Below, piece after piece: positions 13,581-21,395 of a stretch of 32,000 bases of DNA. The stretch's first letter is position 1. Every line of letters starts with the position of its first letter. This DNA is from Eggerthellaceae bacterium (GTDB lineage Bacteria; Actinomycetota; Coriobacteriia; Coriobacteriales; Eggerthellaceae), in NCBI GenBank assembly GCA_009782615.1, contig WRIS01000008.1, positions 31,610-63,609 of the forward strand, given 5' to 3'. The position numbers and the translations under genes are program-made. The notes under the pieces are model-generated. The model worked only from the letters and a program-made list of their open reading frames with translations, had not been told where the DNA came from and searched no databases.

Positions 13581-14717
13581 CTATATTATAACCATGTCAT
13601 GGCTTGATTGCGTAAAAACCTCGAAGCCATCACGGGTGATTATGCCGAAATCCTCTAAGCGAATCCCGAATTCATCCTTAAAATAAACGCCTGGCTCAAC
13701 CGTTACCACGTTACCCTCTTCAAGCGGAACGGTATTCTTCTTCGCCAACAGCGGTTCTTCGTGAACATCAATGCCCACTCCATGTCCGAGGGAATGCCCC
13801 ATAGCACCCTCAAAGCCCGCTGCCGCAAGAATATCTTCGGCAAGTTTTTGCATTTCAGCACCACTAACGCCAGGTTTGAGCTGCGCTTCCACTTCCTCAT
13901 TTGCCTGCCGCACCGCCACATAGGCATCCAGAATACGCGCAGACGGTTCGCCAATAAACACAGTGCGGGTCATGTCTGAACAATACCCCGATACCTGCGC
14001 ACCAAAATCGAGAACGAGCGCCTGCCCTGCTTCAAGTTTCGTCTGCCCTGCAATGGCATGCGGACTTGCTCCGTTGGCACCCGTTGCAACAATCGAAGAA
14101 AAAGCCAGACCTTCAGCCCCTTGGCGAAGCATAAAATCTTCCAGTTCGATTTTTACCTCACGTTCGCTCATGCCCGCTTTGATAAAACTTACGATATGTG
14201 CAAAAGCGGCATCGGTAATCGCTTGTGCGGCTTTTAGCCGTCTTACTTCATCGGCGTCCTTTACGGCCCGAAGTTCAAGAACAAATTTGCTTGTTTCCTT
14301 GATTGTCTGCCCCTTGAGCACTGCTTCAAGTTTGCGATATTCGGCAAGACTCAACTCATCTTCTATCCCGAGCACCATCCCTCGCACCGCCGACTCCCCC
14401 GCTCCCGCCTTGCTAAGCACGCCTTCCTCCAAAAGTGCTGCCAACCATTCCGCATGAGTTTTTTCAACGGCACTCAACTGAATATCAGAACTAAGCGCCG
14501 CTTCTTCCAATGCGTGAATATAGCGAAAGTCAGTATGAAGAAACACCTCTTGAGCCCGAGCCGCAGCAAGCAGCGCATGAGCAGGCTCTCCATCAAACAC
14601 CCCGTCAAACGCACTCAGCCAATACAGGTTAGAAAGATTGCGAACATACAAACCATCGAGGTTTTCGGCTTTCAGCTTTTCGCACAGCCTAGCTATCCGC
14701 GTTTTCGAGTAGGACAT
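13581..14717 (-). CDS. M24-family Xaa-Pro aminopeptidase/dipeptidase (378 aa).
   Basis: The metal-binding and signature region is LDFGAQVSGYCSDMTRT...HSLGHGVGIDVHEEP...VVTVEPGVY. The ATG at 14717 has AAGGAGG 6 nt upstream. The gene overlaps the aroQ 3' end by 29 nt. Confidence 0.85.
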   Translation of the reverse strand: MSYSKTRIARLCEKLKAENLDGLYVRNLSNLYWLSAFDGVFDGEPAHALLAAARAQEVFLHTDFRYIHALEEAALSSDIQLSAVEKTHAEWLAALLEEGVLSKAGAGESAVRGMVLGIEDELSLAEYRKLEAVLKGQTIKETSKFVLELRAVKDADEVRRLKAAQAITDAAFAHIVSFIKAGMSEREVKIELEDFMLRQGAEGLAFSSIVATGANGASPHAIAGQTKLEAGQALVLDFGAQVSGYCSDMTRTVFIGEPSARILDAYVAVRQANEEVEAQLKPGVSGAEMQKLAEDILAAAGFEGAMGHSLGHGVGIDVHEEPLLAKKNTVPLEEGNVVTVEPGVYFKDEFGIRLEDFGIITRDGFEVFTQSSHDMVII

Positions 14718-15129
14718 CAAGCGCCTCCTTGTACCCCTCTTTTCCCTTGCCTTTGATTTGTGCTATGCAAACTGGCGCAATAACCGACAATGCACGGAAA
14801 GGCTCGCGGGCTTCTATGTCGGACAGGTGCACCTCTACCACGGGAATATCAATTGCCGCCACCGCATCGCGCAAAGCATACGAATAGTGGGTATGCGCGC
14901 CTGGGTTGTATACGACACCATCGTAGTGCAAGCATAATGTCTCATGTAATTTGTCGATGAGTACGCCTTCATGGTTGCTCTGAAAACAATCGACCTTGAC
15001 ACCCTTTTGTTCGCCGTAAGCGACCACTTCTGCTTCCAGAGAAGCAAGCGTATCACTTCCATATACATCAGGTTCACGCCGACCCAAAAGGTTGAGGTTC
15101 GGTCCGTTCAGAAGGAGAATTTTCATCAT
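14689..15129 (-). CDS. aroQ: Type II 3-dehydroquinate dehydratase (146 aa).
   Basis: Motifs: MMKILLLNGPNLNLLGRREPDVYG, NPGAHTHYSYALRDA, VEVHLSDIEAREPFR. The start overlaps the aroB stop as ATGA. Confidence 0.95.
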   Translation of the reverse strand: MMKILLLNGPNLNLLGRREPDVYGSDTLASLEAEVVAYGEQKGVKVDCFQSNHEGVLIDKLHETLCLHYDGVVYNPGAHTHYSYALRDAVAAIDIPVVEVHLSDIEAREPFRALSVIAPVCIAQIKGKGKEGYKEALDVLLENADS

Positions 15130-16253
15130 GTCAAACTCTTTTCTCGCGCTTGAAGATGCTCAAGCACCGTTTCTGTATCTACTTCGACCAATTCCCAACT
15201 GCCTACATCACGCGGCAGCACAAAACGCATTGCCCCCTGCCGCACCTTTTTGTCGCCTTGCATTGCTGCGAGAAGTTCTTCAGGAGCAGCCGTCCAAGTA
15301 AGGGTTTCAAGCCCTAAAGCATCCAATAATTCATCTTGCGCTTGCACGAAATCGGGCGAAGTGCCTACCAGCGCAGCGCCCAAACGCGCCGCAAAACGCA
15401 TGCCCTCGGCTACGGCTTGCCCGTGAGAAAACGTGCCGTAACCTGCGCACAACTCTATCGCGTGCCCAAAAGTGTGTCCGTAATTCAAGCACTCCCGAAT
15501 ACCCTTACCTTCTTTTGTGTCGCGCGCGACCACGTTTGCCTTAAACACCACCGAACGCGTTACCGCTTCCGCTACCGCTGCTTCATCACGGTTTACCAGC
15601 GAAGATGCGCTGTCAACAAGCCAAAAGAAAAATTCATCGGAATCAATTACTGCTGATTTCGCAATTTCGGCAAAGCCACACACCCATTCTTTATCGGGAA
15701 GGGTTTCCAGGGTGTCAACCGAGGCGCACACGTGAAGTGGCTGGGTGAAGGTGCCCACCAAATTCTTGCCTGCACCCAAATTGATACCCGTTTTTCCGCC
15801 CACCGAAGAATCAACCATAGAAAGCAAGCTTGTGGGAATCTGAATAACGCCGACTCCGCGCATATAGGTCGAAGCAACAAAGCCTGCGATATCGCCGACA
15901 ACACCGCCACCTAGGGCAAACACCTTGCCATCACGCGGAAACTTCGTGTTCGCCATCGCTTCCCAAATTTCAGTGGCGCAATCAATCGATTTTGATGCTT
16001 CACCCGCAGGCAACACGATATCGACAACCCGATACTTTGCTGCTGCTAAAGATTGCTTGAGGACAGAAAGATACAACGGTGCAACATTGCTATCGCTGAT
16101 GATAAGTGCTTGTTGGTTTGCTTGTTGATTTGCCTGTTGATTCGCGTTGCTTTTCTGCAGATGGGCGCCCAGCCCTTCGAGAAGGGATTTCCCAATCCTC
16201 ACCTCATAAGAAGGTTCATCAACAAGATTGACAACTACTTTGGTGATTGGCAT
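15126..16253 (-). CDS. aroB: 3-dehydroquinate synthase (375 aa) with an N-terminal QQAN-repeat insertion.
   Basis: Motifs: GGGVVGDIAGFVASTYMRGV, VDSSVGGKTGINL, LNYGHTFGHAIE. Confidence 0.95.
   Translation of the reverse strand: MPITKVVVNLVDEPSYEVRIGKSLLEGLGAHLQKSNANQQANQQANQQALIISDSNVAPLYLSVLKQSLAAAKYRVVDIVLPAGEASKSIDCATEIWEAMANTKFPRDGKVFALGGGVVGDIAGFVASTYMRGVGVIQIPTSLLSMVDSSVGGKTGINLGAGKNLVGTFTQPLHVCASVDTLETLPDKEWVCGFAEIAKSAVIDSDEFFFWLVDSASSLVNRDEAAVAEAVTRSVVFKANVVARDTKEGKGIRECLNYGHTFGHAIELCAGYGTFSHGQAVAEGMRFAARLGAALVGTSPDFVQAQDELLDALGLETLTWTAAPEELLAAMQGDKKVRQGAMRFVLPRDVGSWELVEVDTETVLEHLQAREKSLT
16108..16146. repeat. In-frame 12-bp tandem repeat (about 3 units) inside aroB, encoding (ANQQ)3.
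   Basis: The plus strand reads tgcttgttggtt tgcttgttgatt tgcctgttgatt cgc. The minus-strand translation is NANQQANQQANQQA, inserted just before the conserved LIISD...APLY strand. Confidence 0.85.
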
Positions 16254-16882
16254 AAAACCCCTTCTTTTTTCAGCGCCGCAACAACTTCACTCGCTATTGC
16301 GTTCACGTTTTTATTCGCGGTATCAATGGTAATACGTGCCACTTCTTCGTAAAGCGGTGCCCTTGTCTCACTTATCTTGCGCGCCGCTTCCAAATCACGA
16401 AACAGGGGGCGCGTTGCTTTGTTGCTGATGCGCGTTGCCGCTTCGTCGGCAGATACTTTGAGATGCACTACACAGCCGCGGGTTTTCAAAAGCGTTCGAT
16501 TTTCTGATTTCATAACCACTCCGCCACCGCACGAAATCAACTGCGGGTCTTTGTCGGCGAGTTCACAAAGCACTTCGCTTTCAAGTGCACGAAAGCCCTC
16601 TTCACCCGATTCGGCGAAAACGTCGGCTATCCGCTTGCCGATGCGCCGCTCAAGATAGGTGTCAACGTCAATAGCAGCAAGCCCGCACATGCGCGCTATC
16701 TTGCGTGCAATCGAAGTTTTTCCTGCCCCCATGAAGCCTACCAAAAAGACAGGTGTTTTCAGCGCATAGTTCTTCTGTGCCGCAGGGCTTTTCGCCATAG
16801 GACGACTCCCAGCCGCAGGGCTTTTCGCCACAGGACGGCTCTTCTTTGCAGAACGGTCTTTCGTCATAGGGCGATTTTTCAT
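16235..16882 (-). CDS. aroK: Shikimate kinase (215 aa) with a ~45-aa basic, Pro/Ala-rich N-terminal extension.
   Basis: A Walker A motif, GFMGAGKTSIARK, is followed by typical shikimate kinase core motifs (DVDTYLE, ISCGGGVV). The start overlaps the aroC stop as ATGA. Confidence 0.9.
   Translation of the reverse strand: MKNRPMTKDRSAKKSRPVAKSPAAGSRPMAKSPAAQKNYALKTPVFLVGFMGAGKTSIARKIARMCGLAAIDVDTYLERRIGKRIADVFAESGEEGFRALESEVLCELADKDPQLISCGGGVVMKSENRTLLKTRGCVVHLKVSADEAATRISNKATRPLFRDLEAARKISETRAPLYEEVARITIDTANKNVNAIASEVVAALKKEGVLCQSPK
16779..16844. repeat. 33-bp tandem duplication (2 units) in the 5' extension of aroK.
   Basis: Unit 1 is gccgcagggcttttcgccataggacgactccca. Unit 2 is gccgcagggcttttcgccacaggacggctcttc. 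They encode SRPVAKSPAAG / SRPMAKSPAAQ. Confidence 0.85.
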
Positions 16883-18051
16883 CGTGACATAGTTCTTACG
16901 CGTTGCTTGTAGGCCTTGATAGCCGCTTTGATATCAAGCATGGTATCACTGCCGAACTTTTCGAGGTATGCGTTTGCCAAAACAAAGGCAACTTCACTTT
17001 CAGCAACAACCGCACACGCAGGAACAGCACAAATATCGCTGCGCTCGGTGGACGCTTCTTCAGCTTCCAGAGTGTCCATATTCACCGTTTGCAGCGGCTG
17101 TGCCAAGGTGGGAATAGGCTTCATTGCCACGGTTGCAATCAGGGGCATTCCCGTGGTCATGCCACCTTCCAAGCCGCCTGCGTTGTTGCTTTCGCGGGTA
17201 AAGCCAGTCTTTTTGTTGACGGCGATGGGGTCGTGCACCTGTGAACCCAGCTGCGAAGCGGCTTCAAAGCCGATGCCGAATTCGACCCCTTTGATTGCGG
17301 GGATAGAAAACAGGGCGCTTCCCAACTGCCCATTGAGTCTTTTCGTGGGAGTTGTATAGTCTCCCAAACCAGGAAGCAAACCCGTGACTACCACGCGAAA
17401 AACACCCCCGAGGCTCTCTCCTGCTTCGCGTGCCTCGTCGATAGCTGCTTTCATCGCTTCGCTCGTTTTCTTATCGGGGCAACGAACCTCGCTCATTTCG
17501 ATATCGAGCGGCTTATAATCAGGGGCTGCAAGCATCGGCTGGTCCTCGGCAAGCTGAACCGAACCAATGCGAACAACATAGGAAAACACCTCAACGCCCA
17601 AATCTGCCAAAAACTCACGGGCAATACCCGCAGCGGCAACGCGCGCCGCCGTTTCACGAGCACTGGCACGTTCTAAGATGTTGCGACAATCATCCGCGCC
17701 GTATTTCAGCGCGCCCACTAAATCGGCGTGCCCAGGACGCGGAGTGAGCTCCCGAACAAGATCCTTTGGAGCAGCGCCCATAAGCGCCATCGTTTGGCTC
17801 CAATTTTTCCAATCCTTGTTTTCAATTTGAAGCGCAATGGGGCTGCCGATGCTTTTCCCGAAACGCATTCCTGACAAGATTTTCACCTTATCGGTTTCGA
17901 TTGTCTGGCGTCCACCGCGACCATAACCGCCCTGCCTTCGCGCAAGGTCGGTGTTGATTTGGGTTTCTGATATTTTCAAGCCAACGGGAACCCCGCTCAC
18001 AATGGTGGTGAGCACAGGTCCATGACTTTCTCCTGCAGTGATGTAGTGCAT
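16879..18051 (-). CDS. aroC: Chorismate synthase (390 aa).
   Basis: The product starts MHYITAGESHGP and continues ...RRQGGYGRGGRQ...RPGHAD. The track start at 18084 adds 11 aa not seen in the family. Confidence 0.95.
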   Translation of the reverse strand: MHYITAGESHGPVLTTIVSGVPVGLKISETQINTDLARRQGGYGRGGRQTIETDKVKILSGMRFGKSIGSPIALQIENKDWKNWSQTMALMGAAPKDLVRELTPRPGHADLVGALKYGADDCRNILERASARETAARVAAAGIAREFLADLGVEVFSYVVRIGSVQLAEDQPMLAAPDYKPLDIEMSEVRCPDKKTSEAMKAAIDEAREAGESLGGVFRVVVTGLLPGLGDYTTPTKRLNGQLGSALFSIPAIKGVEFGIGFEAASQLGSQVHDPIAVNKKTGFTRESNNAGGLEGGMTTGMPLIATVAMKPIPTLAQPLQTVNMDTLEAEEASTERSDICAVPACAVVAESEVAFVLANAYLEKFGSDTMLDIKAAIKAYKQRVRTMSR

Positions 18052-18125
18052 AGGCTGTCCTTCACATAAAAGAGATACGAACAAGGGCTATGGCGCGCAT
18101 AAATCAAAAAGATTTTATCACCTTT

Positions 18126-19052
18126 TTAGCACTCGAATCCAGCTGCTTGAGCCATAAGGGCAAACATCTCGGCTTGAGTAGCCTGAAAGTCGACGCCCGT
18201 TACTTCGAAAAAGGTGATTGCTGAGGCAACCGCCTGGGAAACAAGCATCCCGCTTCCATCGAAAACGCGGCAACCCGCTTCTTGAGCAGCCCGCACAAGC
18301 GTCGTTTGCCCATGCCCATACACCACATCATAGACCGTTTGATGTTCTTGCAAGCAATCGGTGTTAAACGGAGCTGCGTCCCCTTCCCTCATTCCCAAGG
18401 GAGTGGCGTTGATGATAAGGTCTGCTTCCCCAAACACTTCAGCTGCCGCTGCGCGATAGCTGCTAAAGGCAAAATCTGTTTCCTCGTGTGCTTCACGGAT
18501 GTTGCGATGCCCTTCGCGCAGGGCAGGAAGTTCAATCGGCGCGCGCGCCATGGCTTTAAGTTCCCTGCGATAGGCTAAAAGCGCGGCTTCCGTTCGCTTC
18601 AAATTGCGCCCAAGCAAGGTCGCTTGAGCAGCGCCCGCAAGAGCCGCCGCATGAAAAATAGAAAGCGCCGTGGGACCCGTGCCGCACACGACAATCGTTG
18701 CATCGCAAAAAGAAAAGCCCTGCTCTTCCAGATAGGATATGCACCCCTCGCCATCTTTGTTGTAGGCAAGCAAAGCGTCTCCTTTGCGCACCACCACATT
18801 TGCCCCGCCAGCAAGTTTTGCCGAAGCTGCTTTGATGTTTGCTTCCTCAAAAGCAAGCGGCTTATAGGGCGTGGTGATGTTCAGACCCAGATAGGCGCGC
18901 TTGGCTAAAAAGCTCTTTGCTTGGTTCGCGTCGGCGCAATCCATGAGAGCATATTCCCAGTTTAATCCAAGTTTTTTATAGAGAGCGTTGTGCATCGCAG
19001 GAGATTTCGAATGGGCAATTTGGTGCCCCAAAAGATAGAGTTTTTCTTTCAT
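18126..19052 (-). CDS. aroE: Shikimate dehydrogenase (308 aa).
   Basis: Motifs: MKEKLYLLGHQIAHSKSPAMHNALY...LNITTPYK and the NAD(P) site VCGTGPTALS. The ATG at 19052 overlaps the yqeG stop as ATGA. Confidence 0.9.
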   Translation of the reverse strand: MKEKLYLLGHQIAHSKSPAMHNALYKKLGLNWEYALMDCADANQAKSFLAKRAYLGLNITTPYKPLAFEEANIKAASAKLAGGANVVVRKGDALLAYNKDGEGCISYLEEQGFSFCDATIVVCGTGPTALSIFHAAALAGAAQATLLGRNLKRTEAALLAYRRELKAMARAPIELPALREGHRNIREAHEETDFAFSSYRAAAAEVFGEADLIINATPLGMREGDAAPFNTDCLQEHQTVYDVVYGHGQTTLVRAAQEAGCRVFDGSGMLVSQAVASAITFFEVTGVDFQATQAEMFALMAQAAGFEC

Positions 19053-19651
19053 AGCCGCCCACCCTCTGCTTCGCAGCGTCCTGTCTCGCAAGCCCGCTCT
19101 TCGCAGCGCATCTTATCTTTGCCCCTCATCTCAAAGCCTGCGCCCTCGCAACTTACCCCTTCAGGCTGAAGGTGTCCGATGAACACCTGTTCAAGGTTGC
19201 GTAAAAGCAAGGTGTGCTTCAAATCGTGCTTTACCAAGGGACAAACCAAATAGGCTTTGATGCCGATAAAACGCGCACCCAATACATCGGTAATGAGTTG
19301 GTCACCAATCATAAGCGTACTTGCCCGCTTTGCCCCAATTTTGCGCATCCCCCTTAAAAGCGCAGGCGGAAGCGGTTTTACCGCATGTGAGACGATCGGC
19401 AAATCCAAACGCTTTGCCAAATCGTGAACGCCTTGATGCCAGTTGTTCGACACCAGACAAAACACCACGCCCGCATCACGTGCTGCCCCCAGCCAAAGCC
19501 CCACATCGCGAGGAATCTCGTGGGTATCACGCGTGAATATCGTGTTGTCGATATCAAGCAAAACGTGGCTAAACCCTGCATCAAGGATGTCTTTTTGAAT
19601 ATCAATGGCACTAACGCGCGAGAAATACCTGTCTGGCGTATAAAAACCCAT
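19049..19651 (-). CDS. yqeG: YqeG-family HAD-IIIA phosphatase (200 aa).
   Basis: HAD motif I is LLDIDNTI, followed by LVSNN and MIGDQLITDVLGA. There is a Cys/charged C-terminal tail of about 35 aa. Confidence 0.8.
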   Translation of the reverse strand: MGFYTPDRYFSRVSAIDIQKDILDAGFSHVLLDIDNTIFTRDTHEIPRDVGLWLGAARDAGVVFCLVSNNWHQGVHDLAKRLDLPIVSHAVKPLPPALLRGMRKIGAKRASTLMIGDQLITDVLGARFIGIKAYLVCPLVKHDLKHTLLLRNLEQVFIGHLQPEGVSCEGAGFEMRGKDKMRCEERACETGRCEAEGGRL

Positions 19652-19743
19652 GCAACTACACCTGCCTGGCTTTAAAAAAGTCTTTTACCTGCCTACTACT
19701 GCCTTGCCTACCATCTGCACACCGCCACCCGCAAAGAACCTGC

Positions 19744-20877
19744 TTAATCTTTGTTGATATAGGCCTCGTGTTCTTCATAGGTGGTACTGAAGAAGTGGGA
19801 ACGGTCGCCTTCATGCTTGGTTACGTAGTAGTAATACTCCGTCAATTCAGGATTCGCGGCAGCCTGAATGGAGGCAAGCCCTGGAGAACAGATGGGTCCA
19901 GGAGGAAGCCCCTGATTCTGATAGGTGTTGAAAGGGCTATCTATCGCAAGATGTTCAGGGGTTACGTCAACAACGCCCGCCGCATAAGCCACAGCAGCAT
20001 CAATCTGGAGAAGCATGCCTTCTTCCAAACGATTATAGATAACAGACGAAACCAGTCCTCTTTCTTCTGCAAGCGCCGCCTCACGTTCAATCAAAGAAGC
20101 TATAACCAACACTTCGTAGCGCGATAAACCGTGCTCGCCTGAAAACGCGAAGTCAACCATAGCTGTTTCGGTTTGATACTGAGAAAGCATCATGCGGATG
20201 ATGGAATCTGCTGTTGCATTTCCCTTAAGGGGATACGTTTTGGGGAACAAGAAACCTTCGAGCGAGTTGTTGTATGCGCCTGAAAGGAAGGGGTAATCGC
20301 TTGCGTAGAGGCTCGCATCCTTGGCAAGGGCAAGGAATTCTTCTGCGGGAATCCGCCCCTCGGTTTCTTCTTCTATGCGGGCAGCCGTTTGGGCAAGCGT
20401 CCAGCCCTCAGGAATCGTAAAGGTTTCATAGTTTGCTTCAGGTCCTACCCGCAACAAACCAATTACCTGGTCAAGCGTCATGCCGCCCTTGAAGAGGTAG
20501 AAACCAGGCTTCAATTCGGAAGCAACACCAAGGTCTGCCACGCGCTTAACAAAGTCGTTTGAGTTGGCGATAACGCCTTCAGTTTGAAGAATGGTACCAA
20601 TATCTTTTGCGCCTGAACCGTCGGGAATACTGATTTCAACTTCGTCTCCCTCTTGCAAAGCTGGATTGCCACAACTTTTCAGAAGCGCGCTGCCGCCCCA
20701 AAATACCAGCAAGAACACGATAATCGCCAGGATGCTGGCAGAAAGAATCGGTATTTTGCTCTTTTTCGGTCGAATATGACTCGTGTCATAAGTACGGAAC
20801 TGTCTTTCACCTTTCGCATGAGCTAAACGAGCAGCATGATTGGGGTGGGACGAATACGTGATTTTTCGGGCGGTCAT
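19744..20877 (-). CDS. mltG: Endolytic murein transglycosylase MltG (YceG-like) (377 aa).
   Basis: An N-terminal TM helix (ILSASILAIIVFLLVFWGG) is followed by the YceG signature SPFNTYQNQGLPPGPICSPG. The start at ATG 20877 was chosen to avoid a 47-nt overlap with ruvX. The alternative is GTG 20943. Confidence 0.85.
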   Translation of the reverse strand: MTARKITYSSHPNHAARLAHAKGERQFRTYDTSHIRPKKSKIPILSASILAIIVFLLVFWGGSALLKSCGNPALQEGDEVEISIPDGSGAKDIGTILQTEGVIANSNDFVKRVADLGVASELKPGFYLFKGGMTLDQVIGLLRVGPEANYETFTIPEGWTLAQTAARIEEETEGRIPAEEFLALAKDASLYASDYPFLSGAYNNSLEGFLFPKTYPLKGNATADSIIRMMLSQYQTETAMVDFAFSGEHGLSRYEVLVIASLIEREAALAEERGLVSSVIYNRLEEGMLLQIDAAVAYAAGVVDVTPEHLAIDSPFNTYQNQGLPPGPICSPGLASIQAAANPELTEYYYYVTKHEGDRSHFFSTTYEEHEAYINKD

Positions 20878-20896
20878 GTCTTTTTCTTTCTCGCAT

Positions 20897-21316
20897 TTAC
20901 GGTTGCACAAGCTGCGTATCGAGCCATGCTTGTAAGAATACACTGGCTGCTATCATATCTATTTTTCCGCGCATTTCTCGTTCAGTTAATCCCTTTTCAC
21001 GCAAACTCCGTTTCGCTTCTTGCGAAGAAAGACGCTCATCAACAAAAACGCAGGGTATCGCCGTTTTTGCTTCGATTTCACCTGCAATTTTTCTGACGGC
21101 TTCTGCTTGCGAACCTTCCTCGTGTTTCAGCGTATAGGGAATACCGCAAACAAAAAGTTCGGGCTCCCAATCTTGAAGCACGTGGGAAAACGAAGGAGTG
21201 CAGTTCACAACGTCGTTTGTCAAAAGCACACAAAGCGGAGTCGCAACGCGTCTTTCGGGATCACTGATGGCTATGCCAACACGAACCTTCCCGATATCAA
21301 GTCCCATAACGCGCAT
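20897..21316 (-). CDS. ruvX: Putative pre-16S rRNA nuclease / Holliday junction resolvase-like RuvX (YqgF) (139 aa).
   Basis: The product is MRVMGLDIGKVRVGIAISDPERRVATPL...VFVDERLSS. Confidence 0.9.
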   Translation of the reverse strand: MRVMGLDIGKVRVGIAISDPERRVATPLCVLLTNDVVNCTPSFSHVLQDWEPELFVCGIPYTLKHEEGSQAEAVRKIAGEIEAKTAIPCVFVDERLSSQEAKRSLREKGLTEREMRGKIDMIAASVFLQAWLDTQLVQP

Positions 21317-21395
21317 CACTTATCTGCTTCCAGCCTGCATCGCGTCTACCTGTCCCCACCCTGCATCGTCTATCTCTCTCATATTCCAAAATCGC

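Noticed and set aside
19652-19743. Short CCTGCCT/CCTGCATCG-type direct repeats occur in the yqeG-mltG spacer (19652-19743) and the ruvX-alaS spacer (21320-21395).
   Set aside because: The copies are only 7-9 nt long and sit in GC/pyrimidine-rich spacers. They are not clearly above chance and have no consistent spacing, so they were not pursued.
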